From positions 75,082,001 to 75,146,000 of the forward strand of contig NC_042998.1 in assembly GCF_006345805.1 (NCBI RefSeq): DNA of 64,000 bases, in the 5' to 3' direction. Positions 24,250 through 36,900 of the stretch are shown here, one piece after another (the stretch's first letter is position 1; every line of letters starts with the position of its first letter). The notes beneath the pieces are model-generated. The model did not search any database. It worked only from the letters and a program-made list of their open reading frames with translations, and was not told the DNA's origin. The stretch is from Octopus sinensis. Its lineage: Eukaryota. Both the position numbers and the translations under genes were made by a program.

Positions 24250-25023
24250 TATATAGATACGTATATGTACATACATCTATAATATATGCATATGCATATC
24301 TGGACACAGGACGTCATGGAACGTAGAACATAAGAGAACATGAGGTACGAATTACGAATACATGGCATATGAATTTTTTTGCAACAACAAAAGAAACAAG
24401 ATAAGTAGCATAACGAACGACCTTTCATTAGTTGTCGGCTGTTTTCTAATCCGTATTTTGAGCAATTCAACAAGATACGCCTTAGATAAAACATTCGCTC
24501 CCGCAAAGCAAATTAAATAAAGATTGGTATTTTACGGAGGGTCAAAACAGGACAGTGAAAACAAGCAGGAAGGGCTGCTAAGCCTAAAAGAGGTGAGGTG
24601 GCAAACGCGGAGGAACAAGCTTGGACAGGTGAAGGCGAGAATGCGTCTGATTCCTCCAACTGCAACAGAAAGAAACACAAGCTAAGGAAAGAAAGCAAGA
24701 TGACCGATGGTCACGTGGGATCCACGAGAGCAAATGAGGAAGAGTGAAAGAGAGAGTGACAGACAGAGAATTTGTCATAAAGCTTTTATTAGTGGCCAAT
24801 ATATTAAACTTATATTAGTGGCCAGTATATTAAAATGCCTTTTAAAGTGAAAATTTTAACCAATTATGAATAAAAGCAAAGCAAAGAATTTCTATGCCAA
24901 TGTGCTGAAAATCAGACTTTAGATCGTCTAACCACATTTAATATTTTCCCAATAAATAGACAGCGTGTTGAAAGGAGGAAAGCAAGCTAACAGAATTTTT
25001 TTTCTAATTTCGTTATTCCAGAA

Positions 25024-25072
25024 TCGGACCGATTTCTAGATGAATCCAAAAGAATTCTTCTTTTATCAGCGA
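25024..25072 (-). ncRNA. Degenerate type-I hammerhead ribozyme (G8A core change)
   Basis: Minus: ucg-CUGAUAA-[26-nt stem II aagaagaauucuuuuggauucaucua]-GAA-AUCGGU-C-cga; the 3' half GAAATCGGTCCGA is identical to the 41274 motif. Confidence 0.65.
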
Positions 25073-25111
25073 GTAACACGGTAAGAATAAATGGAATACT
25101 TAAGTATCAAA

Positions 25112-25455
25112 GTGGGTTCCAGTTGATCCAATCAACTGAACAGCCTGCTCGGAAATTTATCGTATAAGTGTCTGAGCACTCCACAGACACGTATACCGTT
25201 AACGTAGTTCTCGGGGAGATTCAGTGTGACACAGTGTGTGACAAGACTGGCCCTTTTGAAATACAGGTACAAGAGAAACAGGAAGAAAGAGCGAGAGAAA
25301 GTTGTGGTGAAGGAGTATAGTAGGGTTCACCACTACCAACATCTGCCGGATATCGTGGAGCTTTATGTGTTTTTGCGCAATAAACATTCACAACGCTCAG
25401 TCTAGGAATCGAAACCGGGAGTCCGCTGCCCTAACCACTGGGCCATTGCGTCTCC
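25112..25455 (-). mobile_element. tRNA-derived SINE, family C, body variant 2
   Basis: Minus: ggagacgcaatggcccagtggttagggcagcggactcccggtttcgattcctagac..tttctctcgctctttcttcctgtttc..gtggagtgctcagacactt..gatcaactggaaccc. Confidence 0.85.
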
Positions 25456-26414
25456 ACACTAACATATACCCACGGAAAATGCAGATACAAAGTAATGTGT
25501 ACATCTAAGTACCCCAAATATATCCAAACAGAAATTCTGTAACAAGCCTCAACAGACGTATAGTCGGTCAGGAAATTTATTACCATTCACTTCGGGACTG
25601 GTAACCACTTTACGTGAGATTCCTCACCGAATACACGTGTGCTGAGGCTTGCTACAGAATTTCTATTCTGTTATATTTGGGGCACTTAAATGTACACAAT
25701 AGTTTTCATCTGTTTTTTCCGTTCATAGTTGAACATATACTAGCGGATATTTACCGAGTGTGTCATAGAAAGTGGGAAGACCGTTCGTGGATTAGAACTC
25801 ACCACCACAAAACCTCATGTTCAAGTTGTGCACCTATGTCATATACTTATAGAGTAACATAAATTTTAACATTTACTCTAACTGCATGTTATATTTCAGT
25901 CGCATAAGAAAGAATATAATGAAATTATCCAATTATATCTATTATTTGAAAGAATATGCTATCGATTTCCACATCAAGTGGAAGACTCTGTCTTTAAATA
26001 TACTATAAAGGAACGAGGTTTATGACACTATCTATCTACAAAAGAAAATAATATTCAACATAAAAATTACTCTTATGTTACCCAACTAAACTCAAAGTCA
26101 GCAGAATTTACAAAAGCACCGCCACAATCACAAGTATTTTCATTAAGAAAATGTATCTAAAGCCGCAACCTAAATAATCATTTTAATATTTTTCTTTATC
26201 AATCACCAGTATTTTGCACCACACCCGTTACATTTTGTATAATAGATCTTACCCTATTTTCTTTTCTTAACGATAAATTCTGCATGCTTAGTCGCTTAAT
26301 GTAGGTGAAATAAATATTCGAGATGTTTGGTTTCATGCAGAAACTCCAGGACCTATTCTTCTAAATCCATTGCAGTACGGGAGGCCCTTCCGTATCGTCA
26401 GGGGTATTTCAGTG

Positions 26415-26645
26415 TCAAAAACATTTGGCCCCCTTAGACTGTACGCATCGCCTTTTACATGGTGCGATATATCTAATCTGCCCCCACCCCCAGGGCACTG
26501 TGAATTCTACCACGATGATTGTTTTGGTTTTTCTGGGGAGCAGGAACATGTCTGGTCGAAATGATGCCACCGCTATCTCTTCTGGTAAGATAACTCTGCC
26601 CCTCAGGTCAACTTGCATCTCCCTGTCTGGAGCTGAGCGCAATAC
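26415..26645 (-). pseudogene. Restriction-like endonuclease (RLE) fragment of a HERO/NeSL/R2-type non-LTR retrotransposon
   Basis: MQVDLRGRVILPEEIAVASFRPDMFL..KTIIVVEFTVPW matches the RPD..x..ELTVPWE (PD-(D/E)xK-like) motif of RLE elements. Confidence 0.75.
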
Positions 26646-26796
26646 ACAAAATGGGTCCTCTAGGCTTTAGCCTAGAGAACGTTGTCAGATTCCTTTGGAA
26701 ATATGATACCCTTTGTACAGTTCTATATTTAAGAGATGAGGAATTATGTACATTATTTACATTTGACGGATATTTGTTCTCAGCTTGGTTGTTGTT

Positions 26797-26842
26797 AACA
26801 CAAAGTTTCGTCTGATATACCCTCCAGCCTTCATCAGGTGTC
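26797..26842 (-). ncRNA. Minimal type-I hammerhead ribozyme, intact CUGAUGA/GAAA core but damaged stems
   Basis: Minus: GACAC-CUGAUGA-A-GGCUG(gagggUauau)CAGAC-GAAAC-UUU-GUGUU; stem I gacac/guguu; extra A after A9; stem III would be the palindrome ACGU but reads ACUU. Confidence 0.7.
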
Positions 26843-27508
26843 TCGGAGAAATTTCTTATTTTTATTTTCCCAAAATTTTCGTTGCGTCTTGCAACCTTTT
26901 CAATAGTTTTGAATGTCCGTTATTTACACTGCGTTCCTTTTTGTTTGTTGGTGCGCATGATTGTGGGTTAGTGTGTGTGTGTGTGTGTGCCTATACATGC
27001 AAGCATGTACGTATGTATCCGTGTGTGTGTTTGCATGTGTATGTATATATGTGTGTGTATGCATATGTATATAGTTATGTATGTGTGTGCATCTGTATGT
27101 ACGTATACTGCATATTTATGTGCTTGCATGTCCGTGTTTGTTTATTTTCTATGTATGTGTGTGTGAGTATGTGTTTGTATATGTATGCACCTCTGTCTCC
27201 TTGTGTGTGCATCTCTGTGTGAGTGTGTGTTATGCAACTATGTACCATGTCTGTATGTATGGATGTGCATCTTTATATGTGTAGATCCGTGTCTCCATAT
27301 GTGTCTTTTCCTATAGCCTACGTACCTATCCGTCTGTATGTATCTGTTTATTTTCATATCTATATGCTTACATACAGGAAAAAAAGGTGCATACACACAC
27401 TCACACCCACACATACATACATTTATCTACCTAACAGTTCACTAACTATTCTACTCTACTCTACCTGTGTAAACTGTGGGTATGGAGGTATGGTATTTAC
27501 TATGTATA

Positions 27509-27960
27509 TTTCCTATTTAGCATTGGGGAGGTTTCATTTATAAGGACGTACTCCCGTATTTGTCTGATTGTTGGGTCTTTTGGGTGCTTGGATAAGATGC
27601 GGATGTCAAGGTGACCCAAGTTACCTCCATATTGGTAGAGTATGGAGGACTGTTTTCTGTCGTCATATTGTCTTAGATGTTAATTTATTCGTTCTGCAAT
27701 GCTCCTACACGTCTCCCTTATGTACGTCATGTTCATGTCTTTACAAACACCTTCTATGCATCTTATGCTGTAAACTACATTTCGAGTTCTACAGTTAATG
27801 CCAGGGCTAATCCTATATACAATGCAGTTATCATTGGTGCATATGCTATTCTTAAAGGTGTACGTCCTACATAGTTGTGATCTGATGGAGTTCCCTGGCT
27901 GTTCAACAATTTTAATGTTAAGTTTGGTCTCCTTCAGAGCTTTTCTAAATGTACGCGGGG
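27509..27960 (-). pseudogene. PLE linker plus GIY-YIG endonuclease remnant
   Basis: FRKALKETKLNIKIVEQPGNSIRSQLC..NCRTRNVVYSIRCIEGVCKDMNMTYIRETCRSIAERIN*HLRQ..IREYVLINETSPMLNRK; one in-frame stop and YIG changed to YIR. Confidence 0.85.
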
Positions 27961-28410
27961 GAGGGGGATAGTGGTACCTGCCCTAGATATAGAAACAAAG
28001 AATGGAATAGAATACAAAAAACTTGTGGCAAAGCAAACAGGACGAACACGTAGTATAAAACCGACAAATATCAAGGCCATGGGGAGCTAGCCCGTAGATT
28101 TAGAAAAGCTCTGAAGGAGACCAAACTCAACATTAAAATTTTCACTTTAACCTCATTTTCATACCATTTATTATTATAGCCCCTCTTTATTCCCTCATTT
28201 TCCTCTCGGTCTGTCTTTTCTTTCCTCATTCACTCTTTTGATTGCCATCTTTGAACAAAATTTACTGGCAGCGATGGAACGGGTTGCCAGTTAAATTTCT
28301 GTAACGCAGTCCAATTACTGATAAATTTCAGTGCTACACTCAACATGCTTTAAACTGCACCAATTATGCAACCATTCCAGAAACAGTTTTAACAGTCTTC
28401 TTGTACACAG

Positions 28411-28461
<51 letters not shown>

Positions 28462-28727
28462 TTTAAACTGGCGTGTATCTATCAACATCTCAATTATTAA
28501 GATCATTTCTTATTTCAGACAATCCCAGACTTGCTGCTATATATACCTTCCTTTGTGTATACATTTTCTCCTATTCGTTATATATGTATATTTATAATAT
28601 AAACTGCTCGTTCGGTTCAGTGCCTATAATTAATCTTCGATTATGCAGGCATCACACCCCTGCAGTAAAACCTGGAGATTGGGCGCAAATTAGACATCTT
28701 ACACATGCAAACATGCACGTGCACTCA

Positions 28728-28774
<47 letters not shown>

Positions 28775-28779
28775 ACAAG

Positions 28780-29078
28780 CAACGGAACCGAATTATGAGT
28801 TGCGTTCTTGAAATTCTTGTAATGATGTGGACTTGCTTAACGTAGAACGAGCTTACTATTACCGAAAAATGTCTGATGCCATGATAGATCGTTAGCCACT
28901 ACACACATTTTCTTCTCTCCTTTTTTCTCTCCTTATTTTTTTTTCTGTGTCCCTTTCTGTAGAAGAGCTTAGGCTCGAAACGTAAAAGACTTTTTCTATT
29001 CCTGAGCGTTATATTAATACATCTGTTTGTTTTGCACACCACCTGTCTTCGTCTTTTGTTATTTTCGTGAACTCTCCC

Positions 29079-29080
<2 letters not shown>
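28780..29080 (+). mobile_element. Probable solo PLE-type terminal repeat
   Basis: Pyrimidine-rich segment carrying a hammerhead-like motif; boundaries set by the flanking microsatellites. Confidence 0.5.
28953..28988 (+). ncRNA. Minimal hammerhead-like motif with non-canonical core (CUGUAGA)
   Basis: CUUU-CUGUAGA-A-GAGC(uuag)GCUC-GAA-ACGU-A-AAAG: perfect 4-bp stems I and II, palindromic stem III ACGU, GUA cleavage triplet; position 6 is U rather than A. Confidence 0.65.
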
Positions 29081-29172
<92 letters not shown>

Positions 29173-30733
29173 TTTCAGAATTAGATGTATATATATCCAA
29201 GGCTGTGAAAGATTTAGAACATTTATAAATAGAAGGTATAGAGAGAAAGAGAGAGATACAAGACGTAGATAATGTTTATTACAAGCTTTTCCTTGTTGTA
29301 GTGAGTTTGAGTTACAGTTGTTTCGAGTTATCATAATAGGTTCGATATTGACAGCTTTTCTCAATCGGTCCATTGATCGATTAAGACAACATTGAAAGAC
29401 CTAAAAAATTAATGCTACTTTCATCAGTCATTTCTGTTTATAAACAAGCAGAATACCGAAGGAATAGCACAGCTATGAGAAGGGGGGGGGCGAAAAGAGG
29501 CAATAAGATTCAGTATATGGTAAATGGAAGAGAGATGAAGATGGAAAGGAAAGACTGATGATTTGAAAAAAAAAGACAAAGTGAAGAGAAGGAAAGAAAA
29601 GAAGAGAGGAAACAATAAGAAGAATAGATAAGTCTTTCACTATGTGTTATAGTACAAATGACCAAAAACTGAAGATTTAAGTTGACCATATGATGAATTG
29701 GCCTATATTAAATTCCAACAATATTTGGAGAGTATTTGACTTGAAAACAATACAAATTTGTTTATGTGTGATGACTCAGAAACACTATTTTTTTTATGAC
29801 TGTCTTTTCCGTAATTTCGGCCATCCTCTGCCCATTCTTCTATAGCATGCTTCCCCTCGTCTATCCTTTTGATTCCTTTCTCTCTTCCTTCTCTTAATTT
29901 TAGTCCGACTCTTCCAAATAATCACTTCTTAATCTGTCTCCCACTTATCTTATTTTGATTCTTATTGCTTCTCTTCGCTCCCGTGTAATGACTACCGGAA
30001 ACATCTGTGAGTTAAACTTACTACCGTAAATATAAATATGTCATGATCATTATTTATACCTTGTCTTGTATATCACTCTGTATAAAAGCCAGTATAAATG
30101 GAGCACAACTATTGATTTACAAAATAGAATGGTGATGACCTATAACCTCGGAGCCTGCCACAGGAATATGCGGTGTTCTTTACTAATCTAACCAATATTG
30201 CTAGCCTGGGGTACTAACAGAGAATTTATAAAGTATTTTGCCCGGATTGATAATCACTCACCAACAACTCTAATTTAAACAATAAATACACGCATACATA
30301 TATTATAAGTTGACATATAATGAGGTGGGGTGAGTGTGATATTTCGTAGCTACGGGGTTAACTTAAGACATGTTTCAACATAATTAGACACCCTCGGTGA
30401 AATATATCAATTAGCAGGAGTTGTTAAATTATTCCACCTATTGCGGCATAGAAGCGTAAACACTATAGAGTTAATAAACACCGATAGCGCCGACAACGTT
30501 AAAGATTGATTGAGAAAGGGAATTTATTGAGCGATGCTTTTTTCATGAAAAGCAAACAGCTAAATCGCTGCTGCTAAAAATAGTGAGCCAAAAATTGCTA
30601 ATGGAAACTATTACATACATAGCCGGAAGATAAAATCATTATATTAAAGTAATAGTATGGTTATTTTAATAATCAACAGTGCCTCGAGGAAGTAGGTAGA
30701 CAATTATTAAACACTGTCCTATAATACCACTTT

Positions 30734-30841
30734 TGTGACATGGTCATGAACTGCTGTGACGTGGTCATGAATCTTTGTGACGTAGTTATGAACTGTTGTA
30801 ACGTGGGCATGAACTGTTGTGACGTGGTAATGAACTGCTGT
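30734..30841. repeat. 21-bp minisatellite, 5 units (tgtgacgtggtcatgaactgy)
   Basis: Units start at 30734, 30755, 30776, 30797 and 30818. Confidence 0.9.
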
Positions 30842-31371
30842 TTCTCTCTCTCTCTAGGTTTGTAAAGTTCTAAGAAGAGAGCAGTGATTCAGTTACTGAT
30901 AAGGAATCAGTAATAACACAACAGCAGGACTGTTATCCAAAATTTTTGTCAATAACGCTCAGTGAAATATTACAAGGAAACTACTACTAATAATAAACAT
31001 TTTGGAGTATTCTCCCCTCTATATCTTAACCAGAATTAATGATATAACGTTTGTTCTTCTCTATTTCACAAATTATATAATTTAAAATGGTTGACTGTCC
31101 CAGCATAAAGTATGTGAGAGTTGACTGCTTCACTATAGTTTCTACTACTGGGTCACATCAGCTACATCAAATCTAATTGTGGCAGTAAAACAGGTTTTAT
31201 TTCCTGAAGGTAAGCAAGCCTCCTAATCATCCTTTCCTAGTTCAATGTCAAGCACTCTTTCCACTCTTTCACAAAGTATAAATAATTTTGTTAATTAATA
31301 ATATTGTTAGATTAATATGATTAATTAGAAAAATTAAAAGATATAAATTAGACGTGCTGTAAAATTCTGTG

Positions 31372-31610
31372 AGGGCACATGGCCTGGTGAATAGGGTGTC
31401 ACACTCATGATAGCGAGTTCGTGATTTCCATTAAAAAACCGGTTGGTTAGCTGTGTTCTTAAACAAAGCATTTCATTGCACATTGTATTGTCATCACTTC
31501 TACAGCTGACATGCAGTATGCCGGGCAACTGTTCAGGCAACGTCAATTTGATCGAAGAAGTGAGCTAATGCACAGCTCAAGTATTTTATCACTATAAAAA
31601 TTCATTTGTA
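31372..31610 (+). mobile_element. Old, degenerate SINE (family D-like)
   Basis: gagggcacatggcctggtgaatagggtgtcacactcatgat..gtgttcttaaacaaagcatttcattgcac resembles the head at 53063. Confidence 0.5.
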
Positions 31611-31718
31611 CAGGCTTTGCAACAAGAAACTGTAGAGCCGTCTTTCTCAGACTGCGTAAGACTATCATCATATATATATATTATATGGGGGAACGTCTAC
31701 GTCTCTAATGCATGCAGA

Positions 31719-31789
<71 letters not shown>

Positions 31790-32106
31790 TGTGTGCTTCT
31801 AAATGTATTTGAAAATTGTGTGTTTGAAATGTTGAGGCTGGGAACATGTTTGGCACAAGAGCTCGAGATATGCCTTTAATTCCACTTTAACCATGAGCAT
31901 AAATATATTGATGGGAATATCTGCGTACACAGAAGCGCAAATATACGAGATTGTATACATATATCAGAAATCTCTGAGGAAATATCGAAATGGGCAGAGC
32001 TATAAAATATGTATATGCATAGACATGAATAAATAATGTGTACGTAAGTGGCACAAGGAATATTACTCTATCTTTTTTATCCTGAGCATAGAAAAAGGAT
32101 ATATAT

Positions 32107-32149
<43 letters not shown>

Positions 32150-32153
<4 letters not shown>

Positions 32154-33192
32154 ATGAGAGGGATGGGAAAACAGGAAGTGAGGATAATGTGTTTTAGTGT
32201 GTGTATGTGTTATAGCAGTGATTCAGTTATAAATGATGAAAGCGAGTGAGAAACAGTAAAATATATATCAGCAAAAATGCGGAAAATAAACAAAATAAAT
32301 TAATATAGAATTGGCAGCGAGAAATTTGATATATAAATATATTTTCAACTATATTGTGTGGTAATGATGAATAAAGGGATTAGGAATTGAGGAAAAGCGA
32401 TTTCATATGGGAAATAATCAATATTTTCCTGTCACACACGCGTATGCATATATAGACATATACATATATACACATATGTATATGTGTGTATGTGTGCAGC
32501 TATGTGTGTCTGTGCCTTACTAGATGATGTGCTTGTGTTGGTATATATACGTGTTAGTGTATCTGTATGGATGGGCTCGTGTACTTGTGGATGTGGAAGC
32601 GAGTGCACGAGCTGGCGCATGTGTATGTGTGCGTGTGTGCGTGTGTGTCTGTGTGTGAGTGTGTGTGTGTGTGTGGTGTGTGTGTGTGTTTGCATGAGAG
32701 GGATGGGAAAACAGGAAGTGAGGATAATGTGTTTTAGTGTGTGTATGTGTTATAGCAGTGATTCAGTTATAAATGATGAAAGCGAGTGAGAAACAGTAAA
32801 ATATATATCAGCAAAAATGCGGAAAATAAACAAAATAAATTAATATAGAATTGGCAGCGAGAAATTTGATATATAAATATATTTTCAACTATATTGTGTG
32901 GTAATGATGAATAAAGGGATTAGGAATTGAGGAAAAGCGATTTCATATGGGAAATAATCAATATTTTCCTGTCACACACGCGTATGCATATATAGACATA
33001 TACATATATACACATATGTATATGTGTGTATGTGTGCAGCTATGTGTGTCTGTGCCTTACTAGATGATGTGCTTGTGTTGGTATATATACGTGTTAGTGT
33101 ATCTGTATGGATGGGCTCGTGTACTTGTGGATGTGGAAGCGAGTGCACGAGCTGGCGCATGTGTATGTGTGCGTGTGTGCGTGTGTGTCTGT

Positions 33193-33215
<23 letters not shown>
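32150..33215. repeat. Exact 540-bp tandem duplication bounded by (TG)n
   Basis: Sequence lines 32161-32640 reappear, apparently identical, at 32701-33180. Confidence 0.9.
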
Positions 33216-33246
<31 letters not shown>

Positions 33247-33559
33247 GTGTGCGTGCGCGTGTGTGAAAGCTTGTGAAGCAGAGGATGATGTAAAACTGAT
33301 CCGGAAGAAGCACTACTTTTCAAATGGTCTTAAAAAATGATTGCAAGACGATGGAATTAAAACTGCGTTATAGGAATAAAAGATTATAGAAATAAAAGAT
33401 TGGATTTAATAACAACGGCAAAAAAAACACAAAAAAACAAGCAAAACGGTGGCATATTCACAAGAATACATTAGATGAAACATTCTGTAGCTAAAATGAT
33501 TTCAAGAATGCTGCAACTGATAAAGTCACATACAGAATGGAATAGCAATATAGCGAAGG

Positions 33560-33562
33560 AGG

Positions 33563-33645
<83 letters not shown>

Positions 33646-33943
33646 GGATGGATGGGTAGATAGATGGATGGATGGATGGATGGATGGATGGATGGATGGA
33701 TGGATGGGTGAATTTATGGAGTGATAGACGGGAAAATAGACATATATACATATAGACAGATAGTTTGACGGCTAAATAGATTGATTGATTGACTGATGGA
33801 TTGATCAATACATCGCTGGATATTTGAATGGATGGACTGGCGGGTGGGGAGTTGTAGACGGATAAATCGATATATATCTATTTATCTATCTATCTCACTC
33901 TCTTTCTCTCTTCTCTCTCTGTATATATATATATATATATATA

Positions 33944-33975
<32 letters not shown>

Positions 33976-34085
33976 ATGCATATATAAATGTGTATATATA
34001 TATAAGAGAGAGAGAGAGACAGAGAAAGAGAGAGAAAAGAGTGAGTGAGATAGATAGATAGATAGAGATAGATAGATAGATAGAT

Positions 34086-34125
<40 letters not shown>

Positions 34126-34485
34126 TAGATAGATAGATAGATAGATAGCTAGATAGATAGATAGATAGATAGATGGATGGATGGGTAGATAGATGGATGG
34201 ATGGATGGATGATGGATGGATGGGTAGATAGATGGATGGATGGATGGATGGATGGATGGATGGATGGATGGATGGGTGAATTTATGGAGTGATAGACGGA
34301 AAATAGACATATATACATATAGACAGATAGTTTGACGGCTAAATAGATTGATTGATTGACTGATGGATTGATCAATACATCGCTGGATATTTGAATGGAT
34401 GGACTGGCGGGTGGGGAGTTGTAGACGGATAAATCGATATATATCTATTTATCTATCTATCTCACTCTCTTTCTCTCTTTCTCTC

Positions 34486-34546
<61 letters not shown>

Positions 34547-34619
34547 ATGCATATATAAATGTGTATATATATATATAGAGAGAGAGAGAGACAGAGAAAG
34601 AGAGAGAAAAGAGTGAGTG

Positions 34620-34654
<35 letters not shown>

Positions 34655-34655
34655 C

Positions 34656-34710
<55 letters not shown>
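33560..34710. repeat. About 568-bp near-identical tandem duplication within (GATA)n/(GGAT)n/(TA)n/(GA)n arrays
   Basis: gggtgaatttatggagtgatagacg at 33706 and 34274; copies differ mainly by single-base indels in runs. Confidence 0.85.
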
Positions 34711-35107
34711 GGGAGGGAGGGAGGAGTAGGAAAGTGGGTGAAATAGAATACAGTAATGAAATATGGATCCTATGAGAATTTCCATCTGGAATATAACGGT
34801 GGAGTGGGACTGGATGAAGGTGAATGCGAAAGAAATGATGGCGTATCTTTGGGTAAAGCTGACGAGAAAACAGAAACCTATTACGGAGAATATATAAGTG
34901 TGAGAAAGTGATATCATTCATAAATTAATGAGACCACATGCGGGTTTTCTATTTTCTTTTCTGTACTTATTTTTTGTCTTTTGTGAAGGTAAAGGAAAAT
35001 GATTTTGTGAGTTTATAGAACATAAAATGGGCCTTAAAACTTTGAGTAAGATTTCAAATGGGTTTGTAAAATGAAATACATCGATTAAACATAGTGTTGC
35101 GAAAATG

Positions 35108-35327
35108 ATAGATGAAGTGAGAAACAAGCCAAATAAAAATACAGAACCTGATTAAAATATATAACAATAATAAGAGAATAATAGTGTTTCTGTTGCATGG
35201 CATTATATTTTTTTAATAGTATTTTCTATATAAGTGTACTGGGTTTATCAGTGAAATATGAGATATATGCATATATATGTGAGCGCGTGTACGTGTGCAT
35301 GTGTGATTGTATGCACGTGAACAAATA

Positions 35328-35380
<53 letters not shown>

Positions 35381-35446
35381 TATATATATATATATAATAT
35401 ATATATATATATATACACATATACAAATATATATGTATATATGTAA

Positions 35447-35506
<60 letters not shown>

Positions 35507-35763
35507 TATATATACTTATATGTGGATAACTATATATATTTACATGTATACATATATGCACATTGATACATGTATTCGCGAATCTGTACATAAATATTTT
35601 ATACACACACAGAGACGTATGTGTGTGTATGTGTATGTGTGCATAAAAAGATAGATGAATTGAGAAACAAACCAAATAAAAATATAGAAGCTGATTAAAG
35701 CATATAACAATAGTAAGAAAATAATAATGTTTCTATTGTATGGTATTATATATTTTTAATAGC
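35108..35763. repeat. Older direct duplication of about 115 bp (35108-35220 and 35650-35763) flanking a (TA)n array
   Basis: gatagatgaa.tgagaaacaa.ccaaataaaaata.agaa.ctgattaaa.. roughly 85% identical by eye. Confidence 0.75.
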
Positions 35764-35859
35764 CGCTTCCATGTAAGCGTACGCGTTTTATCACCGAAAT
35801 TTAAGATATATGCATTTATATGTGTGCGCGAAAAAAAAATGCAAGATATAAATCAATCT

Positions 35860-36735
35860 GAAAAGAGATCCAGAAAGAAACTGGTCCAAAATTCTATGTG
35901 TGCAAGGCATTAAATTGAAATTCAACCAGTTTATGACAACAGTGCAATCTATATGCACTAAATATACACCATAAAGTAAGGCTAGCATACCGACATATAT
36001 TATTCCCAGGGACAGAGAAATCCTTATGTGACGCAGGTCAAAGGCCTGAAAGCGTCTGAATAAGCAACTGAAGAATAGGGAGAAGTCTATCTTAATATGG
36101 ACACCCTTAGAAATCGAAAACAAGATCAAACTCTTTCATGAAATGGTAAGAGCAGAGAGCTATGGGAAGCATAAAAACAAATCCCAAAGATTTATATAAA
36201 TTCGCAAAGGAAACGGCCACAATACAATATAAAATAGGACCATTGTTACAAGGGAATGACTCACCGACAGCGGACCAAAGAAGAGTAAGTGAGATACTCA
36301 GTGAACAATTTAAAAGTGTCTTCACTTCCCCCCTTGGACACATGCAGGTAAAAAAATCCGTTTGAATTCTTTAATGTTGCAGCTCTAAAAGAGGCGTCAA
36401 CTATCGATTATATTAACATCGAGGACACAGATGTAACAGCGACCATAGATGAAATGAGCTCATGCCCCGCAACTGGTCCTGATGACTTCCCAGCTATTCT
36501 CCTAACATCATATACTTTTCAGATACTTTTCCAAAATTTCCTTGCAAGTGATAAACTTCCTAAAAAGCTGAACGAAGGCATTATATGCCCTATACACAAA
36601 GGTGAAAACAAAGCAAAGGCCAAAAACTACAGTCCAGTCTCTCCGACTTCCCATATCGGTAAAGTCATGGAGCAAACCATCAGAAATAATTTGATAATGT
36701 TCCTAGAAGAAATGACCTACTGAACAATATCACAG
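35860..36735 (+). pseudogene. CR1/L2/Jockey-group LINE ORF2 fragment (tether to RT N-terminus)
   Basis: [86 protein letters not shown] (NYRPISLTS-type motif). Confidence 0.85.
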
Positions 36736-36739
36736 CTAT

Positions 36740-36801
<62 letters not shown>

Positions 36802-36818
36802 ATATATATGTATATATA

Positions 36819-36900
<82 letters not shown>

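Larger units (their letters stand above)
24960..25698 (-). mobile_element. PLE-type terminal repeat (same family as 41020-41573), interrupted by a SINE, with a terminal inverted duplication
   Basis: After removing the SINE, aagaataaatggaatactta..tacccacggaaaatgcagatacaaagtaatgtgtacatctaagtaccccaaatatatcc aligns to 41340-41425; inverted arms at 25496-25551 and 25643-25698. Left boundary approximate. Confidence 0.65.
26700..28140 (-). mobile_element. 5'-truncated Penelope-like element with GIY-YIG remnant, terminal repeat with hammerhead, and inverted 5' segment
   Basis: Endonuclease remnant 27509-27960, hammerhead 26797-26842, inverted segment 27960-28140 with a duplicated stretch of about 50 bp. 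Confidence 0.8.

Noticed and set aside
24530-24750. GC-richer 63-codon open stretch (KQAGRAAKPKRGEVANAEEQAW..)
   Set aside because: Bounded by stops, no splice signals or known motif; probably a repeat remnant.
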